Positions 1-11,280 of a stretch of 64,000 nt of DNA are shown piece after piece. The DNA lies in contig CBDFLJ010000001.1 in assembly GCA_965248835.1 (NCBI GenBank), positions 640,001 through 704,000 on the forward strand, in the 5' to 3' direction. The notes beneath the pieces are model-generated. The model was not told the origin of the DNA. It saw only the letters and a program-made list of their open reading frames with translations, and did no database searches. The translations under genes were made by a program, and so were the position numbers. Every line of letters begins with the position of its first letter. Position 1 is the stretch's first letter. Source of the DNA: Alphaproteobacteria bacterium (GTDB lineage Bacteria > Pseudomonadota > Alphaproteobacteria > MPNO01).

Positions 1-1
1 C

Positions 2-706
2 CATCACCGCAGCGGCCAGGTCGGCGTCGAGCTTGCCGTAGACCGGCGCGCCGAGACCGGCGCGAACCCCGCTCGCCACCACCTCGATCACCGCGCCGAG
101 AGAGGATCCGGTTCGCCGGACCTCTTCCAGGCGGGCCGCCCAATCCTCGGCCGCCTGCGGATCGGGGCACCAGAACGGGTTGTCCTCGACCGTCTTCCAG
201 TCCCAGCGCGCCCGGTCGATGGCGTGCGTGCCCATCTGGACCATCGCCCCGCGGATCCGGACCCGGCGGCCCAGGATCTTGCGGGCGATCGCGCCGGCGG
301 CTACGCGGCCGGCGGTCTCGCGCGCCGAGGCCCGCCCGCCGCCGCGGTGGTCGCGGATGCCGTACTTGGCCTGATAGGTGTAATCGGCGTGTCCCGGCCT
401 GAATTTGTCCCTGTTCTCGGAATAGTCCTTGGCGCGGGCATCCCGGTTGCGGATCAGCAGCGAGATCGGCGTGCCGGTGGTCCGCCCTTCGAAGACGCCG
501 GACAGGATCTCCACCGTATCGGGCTCGCGCCGCTGGGTGACGAACCGGCTCTGACCGGGCTTGCGCTTGTCCAGCCAGAACTGGATGTCGTCCGCTGCCA
601 AGGCGATACCGGGCGGCGTGCCGTCGATGACGCAGCCGATCGCCGGGCCGTGGCTTTCGCCCCAGGTGGTGAAGCGGAAGATCCTTCCGGATGTGTTGAA
701 CGACAC
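2..706 (-). CDS. aroC: chorismate synthase (5' part; runs off the left edge)
   Basis: Manual translation from GTG at 706 gives (M)[23 protein letters not shown]...RPGHAD...[11 protein letters not shown]; GGGAGG RBS upstream. Not in the ORF track because it is truncated. Confidence 0.95.
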   Translation of the reverse strand, partial: MSFNTSGRIFRFTTWGESHGPAIGCVIDGTPPGIALAADDIQFWLDKRKPGQSRFVTQRREPDTVEILSGVFEGRTTGTPISLLIRNRDARAKDYSENRDKFRPGHADYTYQAKYGIRDHRGGGRASARETAGRVAAGAIARKILGRRVRIRGAMVQMGTHAIDRARWDWKTVEDNPFWCPDPQAAEDWAARLEEVRRTGSSLGAVIEVVASGVRAGLGAPVYGKLDADLAAAVM

Positions 707-796
707 GGCAGCGGCCTCCCGGCCCACCCGCCCGCGCGGCTAAGGGGTGTCTGTTTCAGGCCGCACCGGACCGGCCCGTTGGGAACCGGGCATCGG

Positions 797-1618
797 CTAG
801 TCGGCCGCGACGGTGGCGATATCCGGCGCGTCGACCGCCTTCATGCCCACCACGTGATAGCCGCAATCGACGTGGTGGACCTCGCCCGTCACGCCGGCCG
901 ACAGGTCGGAGAGCAGGTAGACGCCGGCGCCACCGACATCGTCGATCGTGACGTTGCGCTTGAGCGGTGCGTTGAGCTCGTTCCATTTCAAAATGTAGCG
1001 GAAATCCCCGATGCCCGATGCCGCGAGGGTCTTTATCGGCCCGGCCGAGATCGCGTTGACCCGCAAGTTGTCGCGGCCGAGGTCGGCGGCGAGGTACTTG
1101 ACGCTGGCCTCCAGCGCGGCCTTGGCGACGCCCATGACGTTGTAGTGCGGCATCACCCGCTCGGCGCCGGAAAAGGTCAGGGTCAGGAGGCTGCCGCCAC
1201 CGCGCATCAGTTCCGAGGCGCGCTTGCACACCGCGGTGAACGAGTAGCAGGAGATGTTCAAAGACATCGCGAAGTTCTCGGCCGAGGTGTCGACATAGCG
1301 GCCCTTGAGCTCGTCCTTGTCGGAGAACGCGATCGCATGAACCACGAAATCAAGCCCGCCCCAGCGGTCGGCGATTTGGCCGAAGACCCGGTCCAGGCTG
1401 GCGGAATCCGAGACGTCGCACTGCAGCAGGAACGATGAGCCGACCGATTCGGCGAGCGGCCCGACCCGCTTGATCAGCGCATCGTTCTGGTAGGTGAAGG
1501 CCAGTTCCGCACCGTGCCGGGACAGCATGCGAGCGATGCCCCAGGCGATCGAGCGGTCATTGGCGACGCCCATGATCAGCCCGCGTTTCCCGCCCATCAA
1601 CCCCTCGGACCGGGACAT
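797..1618 (-). CDS. fabI: enoyl-ACP reductase (NADH)
   Basis: GKRGLIMGVANDRSIAWGIA, YNVMGVAKAALEAS, RVNAISAGPIKTLA; ATG at 1618 preferred over 1645. Confidence 0.96.
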   Translation of the reverse strand: MSRSEGLMGGKRGLIMGVANDRSIAWGIARMLSRHGAELAFTYQNDALIKRVGPLAESVGSSFLLQCDVSDSASLDRVFGQIADRWGGLDFVVHAIAFSDKDELKGRYVDTSAENFAMSLNISCYSFTAVCKRASELMRGGGSLLTLTFSGAERVMPHYNVMGVAKAALEASVKYLAADLGRDNLRVNAISAGPIKTLAASGIGDFRYILKWNELNAPLKRNVTIDDVGGAGVYLLSDLSAGVTGEVHHVDCGYHVVGMKAVDAPDIATVAAD

Positions 1619-1648
1619 GCAACCCTCGCTGAGATCTGTCGGCATGTG

Positions 1649-1672
1649 AAAAAAGCCCCCGCGCAGGGAGGC
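1649..1672 (-). terminator. probable intrinsic terminator after the lipoprotein gene
   Basis: Minus strand GCCTCC-ctgcgc-GGGGGC hairpin followed by TTTTTT. Confidence 0.55.
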
Positions 1673-1722
1673 AGCGGCATCCTACACGAACTGCCACCGC
1701 CGTCCAACCGCCCGGCGCGGCC

Positions 1723-2202
1723 TCAATTGGCGATCTTCCAGCTTCCGTCCGGCTGCCGGCAGACCGTGCCGAAGGCCGTCTCGAGCTTGCCGTCGATGGT
1801 CACGGTCTGCTGGTATTCCCGGCAGTGCCCGCCCGAGGCCAGCTCGTAGGTCCTGGTCGGGGTGATCGTGCCTTCATTTCCGCTATCGGGGTTGCGCCAG
1901 CGCGCCTCCTCCCCGGTCCGGTTGTGCTCCAATGCCGTCTGAGCCGAGCGCTGCATCGCCAGACGGTCTGCCCGGTCGAGCGACTTGCCGACCTCACCGC
2001 CGATATACGCGCCTGCGAGGGTGCCGACGCTGACCACGGCGAGCCTGCCGAAGCCGCGGCCGATCTGCGATCCGGCCAGGGCGCCAAGCCCCGCACCGAT
2101 GAGCGCGCCGCCGGTTTCCTTCGGGCCGCGGCCGTCGCCGGCGCAGCCGGCCAGCGCCACGGCCAGAACCGCCACGATCGCATAGCGCGTCATGTTCATC
2201 AT
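1723..2202 (-). CDS. 17-kDa surface antigen-like glycine-zipper lipoprotein (RT0821/Lpp0805 family)
   Basis: Lipobox LAGC, glycine zipper GALIGAGLGALAGSQIG, C-terminal CREYQQTV...GTVCRQPDGSW. Confidence 0.88.
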   Translation of the reverse strand: MMNMTRYAIVAVLAVALAGCAGDGRGPKETGGALIGAGLGALAGSQIGRGFGRLAVVSVGTLAGAYIGGEVGKSLDRADRLAMQRSAQTALEHNRTGEEARWRNPDSGNEGTITPTRTYELASGGHCREYQQTVTIDGKLETAFGTVCRQPDGSWKIAN

Positions 2203-2378
2203 GGTCGCTCCCTCGTTTGAACGCCGCCGCGCGCAGGGTGCCGGCGCAGCGTCCGCGTCTCGTGCGGTAAATGGGGATTGAGACACCTGGGCCGCAATAA
2301 GATAACACTGCATCAATGCCGATTGAATGACCACCTGCTCGATCCGGCGAAGACCGCCGGTGGAGGCATCGACTCCCG

Positions 2379-2969
2379 ATGGCCGCCGATACGAAGGATC
2401 CGATCGCGCTGTTCGCTGCCTGGCTCGCCGAGGCGGAGGCGAGCGAGCCCAACGACCCGACGGCGATGACCCTGGCGACGATCGGTGCCGACGGGGCGCC
2501 GTCCGCCCGCATGGTCCTGCTGAAGGATGCCGACGCGCAGGGTTTCGTCTTCTACACCAACACCGAGAGCCGGAAGGGCGTCGAGCTCGATGCCGCCGGC
2601 CGTGCGGCGATGGTCTTTCACTGGAAGTCGCTGCGCCGCCAGGTCAGGGTCGAGGGCACGGTCGAGCGCGTTTCCGACACCGAGGCCGATGGCTATTTCG
2701 CCACCCGTGCGCGGGGCAGTCAGATCGGCGCCTGGGCATCGGACCAGTCACGGCCGATGACCGGCCGGTTCGCGCTCGAGAAGCGGGTTGCCTCCTTCGC
2801 GGCGAAGTTCGGCGCCGGCACCGTGCCCAGACCGCCGCACTGGACCGGCTACCGGCTGGTGCCGGCAGCGATCGAGTTCTGGCGCGACCGGCCGTTTCGG
2901 CTGCACGAGCGGATCCTCTATACCCGGTCCCGGTCGGGCCGGTGGGCGGCCGAGCGGCTTTACCCCTAA
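2379..2969 (+). CDS. pdxH: pyridoxamine 5'-phosphate oxidase
   Basis: [47 protein letters not shown]. Confidence 0.96.
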   Translation: MAADTKDPIALFAAWLAEAEASEPNDPTAMTLATIGADGAPSARMVLLKDADAQGFVFYTNTESRKGVELDAAGRAAMVFHWKSLRRQVRVEGTVERVSDTEADGYFATRARGSQIGAWASDQSRPMTGRFALEKRVASFAAKFGAGTVPRPPHWTGYRLVPAAIEFWRDRPFRLHERILYTRSRSGRWAAERLYP

Positions 2970-3035
2970 TCGGCCTTGCGGGGGGCGTGGAAATCGCCGA
3001 TCCTCCGGCCAACGTTGTGTGACAAGGGAAGACTC

Positions 3036-3902
3036 ATGCGGTATCGGACCTTGCTGGTGCCCGTAAGCGCCCCCGACATCAGCCGGCCGGTCCTTGAAAC
3101 CGCGCTCCACCTAGCGCGGCGCTTCGATGCCCACATCGACGTTCTCCATGTCCGGCCCGACCCGCGCGGACTGGTCCCCTATACCGGCGAGGGCATGGAC
3201 GGCTCGATGATCGAGGAGATCATGGAGGTGACCGAGCGCGAGGGCAGCGACCGCGCGGTGCGCTCACGCGAGATGTTCGATGACTTCGTCTCCGACACGG
3301 GCTTGCGCGTGGTCGAGGAGCCGGACGAAACGGCCGGCGTGACACTGGCGTGGCGCACCCTGGTCGGGCGCGAGGACGAGGCGGTGGCCGTGGAGGGCCG
3401 GCTCTACGACATGGTTGTCGTCGGACGGCCGACCAAGGATGCCGCCCTGCCCTCGCCGATAACGCTGGAGGCGGCGCTGCTCGATACCGGGCGGCCGGTC
3501 CTTGTCGCACCGCCCCAAACGGCCGCATCGATGGGCAGGACCGTAGCGATCGCCTGGGAGGGTAGCCCCGAAGCGGCGCGCGCGATCGCCGATGCGATCC
3601 CGCTGCTCGAACAGGCCGAGAGCGTCCACATCCTGTCCACGGAAGCCGCCCAGGTCTCGCCGGTGAACCCCGAATCGCTGCAACGCCGACTCGCCTGGCA
3701 CGGCATCGGCGCGCGCATCGTGCATTTCGAGTCGACGGCCTCGGAGCTCGGCGCGGCGTTCCTTGCCCAATCGGCCACCGTCGGCGCCGACCTCCTGATC
3801 AAGGGCGCCTATTCCCAAAGCCGGCTGCGCCAGTTCATTCTCGGCGGCCGGACCCGCCACATCCTGGCGCATGCGGAGATCCCTGTCCTCCTGGCCCACT
3901 GA
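3036..3902 (+). CDS. tandem-domain universal stress protein
   Basis: YRTLLVPV, DMVVVGRP, GRPVLVAP, VAIAWEGSPEAARA, DLLIKGAYSQSRLRQFILGGRTRHIL. Confidence 0.9.
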   Translation: MRYRTLLVPVSAPDISRPVLETALHLARRFDAHIDVLHVRPDPRGLVPYTGEGMDGSMIEEIMEVTEREGSDRAVRSREMFDDFVSDTGLRVVEEPDETAGVTLAWRTLVGREDEAVAVEGRLYDMVVVGRPTKDAALPSPITLEAALLDTGRPVLVAPPQTAASMGRTVAIAWEGSPEAARAIADAIPLLEQAESVHILSTEAAQVSPVNPESLQRRLAWHGIGARIVHFESTASELGAAFLAQSATVGADLLIKGAYSQSRLRQFILGGRTRHILAHAEIPVLLAH

Positions 3903-3929
3903 CTGAGCCGGATCGCGGGAAGGACGCCG

Positions 3930-4673
3930 ATGGCCGGGCAAGCGCGACAAACCGTCGTTCTGACCGGTGCCAGCCGGGGGATCGGCCATGCGACCGTCAA
4001 ACGGTTCAGCGACGAAGGATGGCGGATCCTGACGTGCTCGCGCGAGGCGGTGCCCGAGGCCTGCAAGCGCGATCCGAACTGGACGAGCCATATCCCGACC
4101 GACCTGTCGGACCCGGCGAGCCTTGCCCGGTTCGTCGACCGGGCGATGGCCGAACTCGACGAGGCGCCGCTGCACGCGCTGGTCAACAACGCCGCGGTCT
4201 CGCCGAAGACCGACTACCAGGAGCGGCTCGGCTGCCTCAACGGCGACATCGAAGGCTGGCGCCGCGTGTTCGATCTCAACCTGTTCGCGCCCCTGATGCT
4301 CTCGCGCGGGTTCGCCGCGGCGCTCAACCGGGGCGGCGGGTCGATCGTCAACATCACCTCGGTCGCCGGCCACGCGATCCACCCCTTCGCGGGCTCGGCC
4401 TATTCGACATCCAAGGCGGCCCTTTCCGCCCTGACCCGCGAGATGGCGGTCGAGTTCGCCGAACTTGGCGTGCGGGTCAACGCGATCGCGCCCGGAGAGA
4501 TCGAAACCGAGATGACCGGGCCGGAATACGAGGCGCTGATCCCGCGGATCCCTCTCAATCGGATGGGCACCGCCGAGGAGGTCGCGGCCATCGTCCATCG
4601 GGTGTGCAGCGGGGAGTTCGGCTACGTCACCGGCACCGAGATCTTCGTTACCGGCGGCCAGCACCTGCTTTAG
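3930..4673 (+). CDS. short-chain dehydrogenase/reductase
   Basis: TGASRGIG, LVNNAA, catalytic YSTSK, VRVNAIAPG. Confidence 0.92.
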   Translation: MAGQARQTVVLTGASRGIGHATVKRFSDEGWRILTCSREAVPEACKRDPNWTSHIPTDLSDPASLARFVDRAMAELDEAPLHALVNNAAVSPKTDYQERLGCLNGDIEGWRRVFDLNLFAPLMLSRGFAAALNRGGGSIVNITSVAGHAIHPFAGSAYSTSKAALSALTREMAVEFAELGVRVNAIAPGEIETEMTGPEYEALIPRIPLNRMGTAEEVAAIVHRVCSGEFGYVTGTEIFVTGGQHLL

Positions 4674-5214
4674 GCCGGAGCCCCTGCAGAGCGTCGCGCA
4701 ACCGCTCGAGCCAGTCGCAACGGGCCCGCGCGAGCGCGATGTCGTGGGCGAGCCAGTCGCCGAAATAGCCCGTTGCGCCGCCGTCGTCGGTTTCCAGGTC
4801 GCTGAGCCGGGCGATCTCCGCCTGGCAGGCCTCGATCATCATGTCGGCCTGGTCGCGGCGGTCGGCGGGCGCGAGCAGGTGCAGGAACCGCATCTTCAGC
4901 GAAAACGCGAGGCGACCGACATCGCTGTTGGGCGTCCGGATCGAGGTCAGCAGCAGCGTCTGGAGCTCGCGCCGGCCCGCCGCGGTAATCCGCAAGGGCG
5001 GGTCGTCGCCCGGGCCGTCAGCCTCGATCAGGCCTTCGGTGCGCAACAGCGCGATCGAGCTTCCCATCAGTTCGAGCGAGGGGCCGATGATGCGGCTGGC
5101 GAAATGCCTGACCGCGCCGGCGATCGCCGCATAGCGCTGCGGCTGCTCGCAGACAAAGCCCAGCGCCGCGAGCCGGATCGCCTCCTTGGGCAGCAGGGAA
5201 TTGTCGGCGAACAC
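4648..5214 (-). CDS. hypothetical protein, PadR-like winged helix
   Basis: LLRTEGLIE...LRITAAGRRELQ resembles the PadR wing; helical C-terminus ending W..HDIA....RCDWLERL; GTG start. Confidence 0.6.
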   Translation of the reverse strand: MFADNSLLPKEAIRLAALGFVCEQPQRYAAIAGAVRHFASRIIGPSLELMGSSIALLRTEGLIEADGPGDDPPLRITAAGRRELQTLLLTSIRTPNSDVGRLAFSLKMRFLHLLAPADRRDQADMMIEACQAEIARLSDLETDDGGATGYFGDWLAHDIALARARCDWLERLRDALQGLRPKAGAGRR

Positions 5215-5259
5215 CGGTTCAGCCCACCCGCATCGGCTTGACGGATTTCCCGGCCACGC

Positions 5260-6471
5260 TCATGCGGCGAACCTGAGGTCGAAACGGTTCCAGATCTCGG
5301 TCAGCGCACCGACCAGACGATCCATCGCGTCATCGTCGTGCAGCGGCGTCGGCGTCAGGCGCAGCCTTTCGGTCCCCTTCGGCACGGTCGGATAGTTGAT
5401 CGGCTGGACGTAGATCGCATAGCGCGCCATCAGCTCGTCGGTCACCTGCTTGCAGCGGACCGCATCGCCGACGAACACCGGGACGACGTGCGAGGGCGAG
5501 GGCATCAGCGGCAGGCCGGCCGCGGCGAGCTTGCGCTTGAGCGTCTGGGCGCGCTCCTGATGGCGCTCGCGAATGGCTGTATCGGACTTCAGCGCCCGCA
5601 CACTTTCCAGCGCGCCGGCGGCAATCGCCGGCGGCAGCGCGGTGGTGAAGATGAAGCCGGCCGCGTAGCTGCGGATGAAATCGACCAGTGCGGCGGAGCC
5701 CGCGATATAGCCGCCGACCACCCCGAACGCCTTGGCGAGCGTGCCCTGGATGACGGTGATCCGGTGCATGTGACCGTCACGTTCGGCCACGCCCGCGCCG
5801 CGCGACCCGTACATGCCCACCGCATGGACTTCGTCCAGATAGGTCATCGCGCCGTGGCGCTCGGCGACGTCGCAGATCTCGCCGATCGGCGCGATATCGC
5901 CGTCCATCGAATAGACCGACTCGAAGGCGACGACCTTGGGCGCATCGGGGTCGCATTCGCCGAGGAGCTGGTCGAGATGGGCGATATCGTTGTGGCGGAA
6001 GATCTTCTTCTGCGCCTTGCTGTGGCGGATCCCGGCGATCATGGACGCGTGGTTGTAGGCATCGGACAGCAGCACGCAGCCGGGCATCGACTGGCCGAGC
6101 GTCCCGAGGCTCGCCTCGTTGGCGACATAGCCGGACGTGAACAGCAAAGCGGCCTCGGTACGGTGAAGATCGGCGAGCTCGCGCTCCAGCAGCACGTGGT
6201 AATGGGTGGTGCCGGAAATATTGCGCGTCCCGCCGGCGCCCGCGCCCACGCGGTCGAGCGCCTCGTGCATGGCCGCGACGACCCGCCTGTCCTGGCCCAT
6301 CCCCAGATAGTCGTTGGAGCACCACACGGTCACTTCGGCGGTGCCGCCGCCCTCATGGCTGGTGGCATGCGGGAAATCGCCCGCATGCCGCTCCAGATCC
6401 GCGAAGATCCGGTAGCGCCCTTCGTCCTTCAGGGCCGAGACCGCCTCGGCGAAAAATTTCTCATGGTCCAT
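5260..6471 (-). CDS. hemA: 5-aminolevulinate synthase
   Basis: [50 protein letters not shown] (PLP lysine). Confidence 0.97.
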   Translation of the reverse strand: MDHEKFFAEAVSALKDEGRYRIFADLERHAGDFPHATSHEGGGTAEVTVWCSNDYLGMGQDRRVVAAMHEALDRVGAGAGGTRNISGTTHYHVLLERELADLHRTEAALLFTSGYVANEASLGTLGQSMPGCVLLSDAYNHASMIAGIRHSKAQKKIFRHNDIAHLDQLLGECDPDAPKVVAFESVYSMDGDIAPIGEICDVAERHGAMTYLDEVHAVGMYGSRGAGVAERDGHMHRITVIQGTLAKAFGVVGGYIAGSAALVDFIRSYAAGFIFTTALPPAIAAGALESVRALKSDTAIRERHQERAQTLKRKLAAAGLPLMPSPSHVVPVFVGDAVRCKQVTDELMARYAIYVQPINYPTVPKGTERLRLTPTPLHDDDAMDRLVGALTEIWNRFDLRFAA

Positions 6472-6563
6472 CGGTTCTTGATCCCGTCGGAGCCGTATTT
6501 CCTTTGCGACAGCATACGACGAGCACGCCGGATTTGAAATGCGCTGGATGGGCTTGCGCTGTT

Positions 6564-7952
6564 TCAGCGCAGCCCGCTCGCCTCGACCCAGGCGGTGGTG
6601 TCTTCCAGCGCGCGGGCGAAGCGGGCATACATGTCCTCGATCTCCGGGCCGGTGATCACCAGCGGCGGCGAGAAGGCGATGCGGTCGCCGAGCGCGCGGA
6701 CGATCAGTCCGTGCTCTTCGGCGCGCGCAACCAGGTAGGCGCCGACCTTGGCGGCCGCCGGGAAGGGTGCCCTGGTGGCCTTGTCGGCGACCAGCTCGGC
6801 CACCGCCAGCATGCCGACGCCGTTGACCTCGCCGACCAGCCGGTGGTCGGCGAAACGCGCGACGCCAGCCTGCATGGCCGGCGCGACCGCGCCCACATGG
6901 CCGGCAATGTCGGTCTCGTCATAGATCGCCAGCGTCTCCAGGGCGACCGCCGCCGAGACCGGGTGGCCGGAATAGGTATAGCCGTGGCCGAAAGTCCCGC
7001 GGCGGCCGGTCTCCTCGGCGATGCCGCGATAGACCCGCTCGTTGACCATCACCGCCGCGATCGGCAGATAGCCCGAGGACAGCGCCTTGGCCATGGTCAG
7101 CAGGTCGGGCTGGATGGCGTAGGTCTCCGAGCCCCATCGGTTGCCGGTGCGGAAGAACCCGCAGATCACCTCGTCGGCCACCATCAGGACGTCGTAGCGC
7201 CGCAGAACCTGCTGGATCTTGTCGAAATAGGTCGCCGGCGGGACGATCAGGCCGCCGGCGCCCATCACCGGTTCGGCGAAAAAGGCGGCGACCGTCTCCG
7301 GGCCTTCGGCCAGAATCAACGCCTCCAGCGATTCCGCGCAGCGGCCGGCGAACGCCTCCTCGCTTTCGCCCTGGCGTGCCTGGCGCCAATAGTGCGGGCA
7401 GTCGGTGTGGCGGAAGCCCGCGATCGGCAGGTCGAACCCGCCATGGTTGGGCGGCGTCCCGGTCAGGCTCGCCGCGGCGATCGTCACCCCGTGATAGCCG
7501 AGGTGCCGGCCGATGATCTTCTTTTTGGCCGGCCGGCCGGTGGCGTTGTTGAAATACCAGATCAGCTTGATCGCGGAATCGATCGCCTCGGAGCCCGAGT
7601 TGGCGAAGAAGACCCGCGCCATCGGCACCGGTGCGAGCGCTTTCAGACGCTCGGCAAGCTCGATCTGCGGCTGGTGCGAGCGCCGGTTGAAGCCGTGATA
7701 GAAGGACAGGGTGCGGATCTGGTCGGCCGCAGCCTGGGCCAGCCGCTCCTCGCCGAAGCCGAGCGAGACGCACCAGAGCCCGGCCATGCCCTCGATGTAT
7801 TCCTTGCCGGTCTCGTCCCAGACGCGAATGCCCGCGCCCCGCGTGATGACCAGCGCGCCGTCGCGCTCGTTGGCGATCGCATCGCTGTAGGGGTGGAGGA
7901 CTGCCAGCGGGTCGCGCCGGCCGAGCGTGTTGGGGCGGAGCCGGCTCGCCAT
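6564..7952 (-). CDS. class III (omega) aminotransferase
   Basis: [62 protein letters not shown]. Confidence 0.93.
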   Translation of the reverse strand: MASRLRPNTLGRRDPLAVLHPYSDAIANERDGALVITRGAGIRVWDETGKEYIEGMAGLWCVSLGFGEERLAQAAADQIRTLSFYHGFNRRSHQPQIELAERLKALAPVPMARVFFANSGSEAIDSAIKLIWYFNNATGRPAKKKIIGRHLGYHGVTIAAASLTGTPPNHGGFDLPIAGFRHTDCPHYWRQARQGESEEAFAGRCAESLEALILAEGPETVAAFFAEPVMGAGGLIVPPATYFDKIQQVLRRYDVLMVADEVICGFFRTGNRWGSETYAIQPDLLTMAKALSSGYLPIAAVMVNERVYRGIAEETGRRGTFGHGYTYSGHPVSAAVALETLAIYDETDIAGHVGAVAPAMQAGVARFADHRLVGEVNGVGMLAVAELVADKATRAPFPAAAKVGAYLVARAEEHGLIVRALGDRIAFSPPLVITGPEIEDMYARFARALEDTTAWVEASGLR

Positions 7953-7964
7953 CGCGCGGCCGGT

Positions 7965-8981
7965 CTACCCGCCAGTGACGCTCATGTGGCGCGGGACCGC
8001 GGGCCCGTGGCGGCGCCGGTCGATGATGAAGTCGTGGCCCTTCGGCTTGCGGCCGATCGCCTCGTCGATCGCTTCCATGAGGAGGTCGTCTTGCGCGCTT
8101 TCGCGCAGCGGCGCCCGCAGGTCGGCGGCGTCCTCCTGGCCGAGGCACATGTAGAGGGTGCCCGTGCAGGTCAGCCGCACCCGATTGCAGGACTCGCAGA
8201 AATTGTGGGTCAGGGGCGTGATGAACCCGACCCGCCCGCCGGTCTCGCGGCAGGTGAAATACCGCGCCGGCCCGCCGGTCGAATAGTCGGTCTCATCCAG
8301 CGTGTAGCGCCGGTTGAGCCCGGCGCGGACCATCGACAGGGGCAGGTACTGGTCGAGCCGGGCATCGCCGCCGATCTCGCCCAGCGGCATGACCTCGATG
8401 AAGGTCACGTCGTAGCCGCGCGCACCGCACCAGCCGACGATATCGGCGAACTCCTCGTCGTTGACCCCGCGCAGCGCGACGGTATTGATCTTGACCTTCA
8501 GCCCCGCCGCATCGGCCGCCGCGAGGCCCTCCATCACCTGATCGAACCGCCCCCAGCGGGTGATCTCGGCGAATTTCCGCGCATCGAGCGTATCCAGTGA
8601 CAGGTTGATCCGGCGCACACCCGCGCCGACCATTTCCCGGGCATAGCGGGCGAGCTGGCTGCCGTTGGTGGTCAGCGTCAGCTCGTCCAGCGACCCGTCG
8701 GCCAAATGCCGGCCCAGCCGCTCGATGAGCCACATGATGTTGCGCCGGACCAGCGGCTCGCCGCCCGTCAGCCGCAGCTTGCGCACGCCGCGGCGGACGA
8801 ACGCGCTGCACAGGCGGTCGAGCTCCTCCAGCGTCAGGACCTGCGCCTTGGGCAGGAAGGTCATCGCTTCGGACATGCAATAGACGCAGCGGAAGTCGCA
8901 GCGGTCGGTCACCGAAACCCGGAGATAGGAAACATGGCGATCGAACGGATCGATCAGCGGGGCGACGGACATGGACGGCAT
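7965..8981 (-). CDS. moaA: GTP 3',8-cyclase (Moco biosynthesis)
   Basis: [34 protein letters not shown]...LYMCL, C-terminal MSVTGG. Start uncertain (8972/8981/9011). Confidence 0.96.
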   Translation of the reverse strand: MPSMSVAPLIDPFDRHVSYLRVSVTDRCDFRCVYCMSEAMTFLPKAQVLTLEELDRLCSAFVRRGVRKLRLTGGEPLVRRNIMWLIERLGRHLADGSLDELTLTTNGSQLARYAREMVGAGVRRINLSLDTLDARKFAEITRWGRFDQVMEGLAAADAAGLKVKINTVALRGVNDEEFADIVGWCGARGYDVTFIEVMPLGEIGGDARLDQYLPLSMVRAGLNRRYTLDETDYSTGGPARYFTCRETGGRVGFITPLTHNFCESCNRVRLTCTGTLYMCLGQEDAADLRAPLRESAQDDLLMEAIDEAIGRKPKGHDFIIDRRRHGPAVPRHMSVTGG

Positions 8982-9156
8982 CTCACCTGTAGGCGCCGCA
9001 CGGCGGCTCATGCCGCGAGCGTATGCGGTAACTATAGGGATGGACGCGCGAAAGGAAAGGGGTTGGCGCGTGCCGGTGCCTGTCCGACCACCCCGGAAAT
9101 GCGTCCTCGGCGGCGAGGCGGTTGTCGATCGATGTGATGGCGCGCATATTCCAGGT

Positions 9157-10029
9157 GTGGAAGATTACCTCATCAGACCGGATCCGCACGATGGGCGCCT
9201 GACCCGGCGTGTGCCCGGCGTCGACCAGGACGCCAAGCCGATCGTGACCTCGGTGACGGTCGAACGCCCGTTGACGCTGTTCCTCAACAGCCAGGAGATC
9301 GTCACGCTGATGACCATCGGCGACTATGTCGACTGCCTGGCGGTGGGCTATCTGATCAACCAGAACATGCTGCGCGAGACCGATGTCGTGACCGGCGTCG
9401 ATTTCGACGAGGAGATCGACACCGTCGTCGTCCGCACCGACAGCGATACCGATTTCGAGGAAAAGCTCAAGAAGCGCACTCGGACGTCGGGCTGCGCGCT
9501 GGGCACGGCCTTCGGCGATCTGATGGAGATCTTCGAGACCGTGACGCTTGATGCGGACGCGCGGGTCCATACGTCCTGGCTCTATGCGCTGTCCAGGAAG
9601 ATCAACACCACCCCCAGCCTCTATCTCGAGGCCGGCGCGATCCATGGCTGCGTTCTGTGCCAGCAGGACCGGCCGCTGATCTACATGGAGGATGTCGGCC
9701 GGCACAACGCCGTCGACAAGATCGCCGGCTACATGCACCTAAACGGCATCGCGCCGGAGGGCAAGATGTTCTACACCACCGGCCGGCTGACCAGCGAGAT
9801 GGTCATCAAGACCGTCCAGATGCGCATCCCGGTGCTGGTCTCGCGCTCGGGCTTCACCGCCTGGGGGGTCGATCTCGCCCGCCAGGCGAACCTGACCCTG
9901 ATCGGTCGGGCCAAGGGCAGGCGGTTCGTCGCGCTGGCCGGCGAGCAACGGATCGTCTATGACGCCGATCCCCGGAAGGTCGAGGACGAGCCTCGGCACG
10001 TCCAGCGCAAGGCGAGCGTCGGCGAATAG
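9157..10029 (+). CDS. fdhD: formate dehydrogenase accessory sulfurtransferase
   Basis: [45 protein letters not shown]. Start uncertain. Confidence 0.92.
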   Translation: MEDYLIRPDPHDGRLTRRVPGVDQDAKPIVTSVTVERPLTLFLNSQEIVTLMTIGDYVDCLAVGYLINQNMLRETDVVTGVDFDEEIDTVVVRTDSDTDFEEKLKKRTRTSGCALGTAFGDLMEIFETVTLDADARVHTSWLYALSRKINTTPSLYLEAGAIHGCVLCQQDRPLIYMEDVGRHNAVDKIAGYMHLNGIAPEGKMFYTTGRLTSEMVIKTVQMRIPVLVSRSGFTAWGVDLARQANLTLIGRAKGRRFVALAGEQRIVYDADPRKVEDEPRHVQRKASVGE

Positions 10030-10032
10030 GAA

Positions 10033-10641
10033 ATGCGCCTGCGGCTGCAATGGCAGGGTCCCATCGGGGCCGGGCAGTTTCCCAGCGATCCGGGGGAACT
10101 GGAGGGGCTGATGGCGCCTGGCGTCTATCTCCGCCTCAAGCGCTATGACGGCGGCCGTTTGGTCAGCTATGTCGGCCAGAGCAGGAACGTGCTCTCCCGG
10201 ATCGATCAGCACCTGACGGCGATGCTCGCGCTCCAGACGCCGTTGCGCGATGCACGCGGACGGACGGCTTTCAACGGGGAAATCGGCGCCCGCCTTGCGG
10301 CCTATAACGACCTCGAGCCGGCCGCCCTGCTCGCCGCCGGAGAAGCGATGCGGACCGCGTTCCTGGTCGCCTGGTGCGACGAGGACTTCACCGTCGACCG
10401 GCTCGACCTGGTCGAGGGCGCACTCAAGGCGCGGCTCGAGGCGCGGGTCGCCGACGCCGCCGGGCTCACGGCGTGCGAGAACATCCAGGGCGTGCCCGCC
10501 GATCCGTTTGCCGACATCCTCAGCCTGGAGCAGGATCCGGGCGCGCTCGCACCCGAGGATGCCGCACTGCTTGCGCAGGTGCTCGGCGAGGAGCCGATCG
10601 TGCTCGACGGCGCGCTGATCGGCGCCGGCCATGCCGAGTGA
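10033..10641 (+). CDS. GIY-YIG nuclease superfamily-like protein
   Basis: PGVY-x13-YVGQS.N...RI.QH, later LVE and ENIQ; tightly packed between fdhD and mobA. Confidence 0.65.
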   Translation: MRLRLQWQGPIGAGQFPSDPGELEGLMAPGVYLRLKRYDGGRLVSYVGQSRNVLSRIDQHLTAMLALQTPLRDARGRTAFNGEIGARLAAYNDLEPAALLAAGEAMRTAFLVAWCDEDFTVDRLDLVEGALKARLEARVADAAGLTACENIQGVPADPFADILSLEQDPGALAPEDAALLAQVLGEEPIVLDGALIGAGHAE

Positions 10642-11269
10642 ACCGCGCATCGCCGGCGTCATCCTGGCCGGCGGGCTGTCGCGCCGGATGGGCGGCGGCG
10701 ACAAGACGCTGCGGCGGATCGGCGGCCGGACGATCCTCGAACACGTCATCGAACGCGCCGCACCGCAGGTCGAGGCGCTGGTGCTGAACGCCAACGGCGA
10801 TCCGGAGCGCTTCGCGGCGACCGGGCTTCCGGTTGCCGCCGACGCGCTCGAGGGTCATCCGGGACCCCTGGCCGGCGTGCTGACCGGGCTGGACTGGGCG
10901 ATCGCCAACGTGCCGACGTGTTCCCATCTGGCGAGCTTCGCCTGCGATGCGCCGTTCCTGCCGCGCGATCTGGTCACCCGGCTCCACCGCCGCATGCGAG
11001 CCGCGGGCGCGGAACTGGCCTGCGCCCGATCCGCCGGCCGCGACCACCCGGTCTTCGCCCTGTGGCCGGTAGCGCTGGCCGAGGCGCTGCGCCGCGCGGT
11101 GCTCGACGAGGGGATCAGGAAGGTCGACCGCTGGACCGCGCGCTATGCGCTGGCGACCGAAGACTTCGCCGCCCAGCCGGTCGATCCGTTCTTCAACGTC
11201 AACCGGCCCGAGGACATCGCGGCCGCCGAGACGCAGATTTCGGCCCTCGACGCGCAGAACCGCGTTTGA
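10631..11269 (+). CDS. mobA: molybdenum cofactor guanylyltransferase
   Basis: ILAGGLSRRMGGGDK, GPLAGVLTGL, CDAPFLP, FFNVNRPED. Confidence 0.95.
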   Translation: MPSEPRIAGVILAGGLSRRMGGGDKTLRRIGGRTILEHVIERAAPQVEALVLNANGDPERFAATGLPVAADALEGHPGPLAGVLTGLDWAIANVPTCSHLASFACDAPFLPRDLVTRLHRRMRAAGAELACARSAGRDHPVFALWPVALAEALRRAVLDEGIRKVDRWTARYALATEDFAAQPVDPFFNVNRPEDIAAAETQISALDAQNRV

Positions 11270-11280
11270 GCCGGCCCCGC

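Noticed and set aside
6504-8600. 698-aa plus-strand ORF, and similar long ORFs at 49587-51719 and 60941-63256
   Set aside because: Opposite-strand shadows of well-supported genes.
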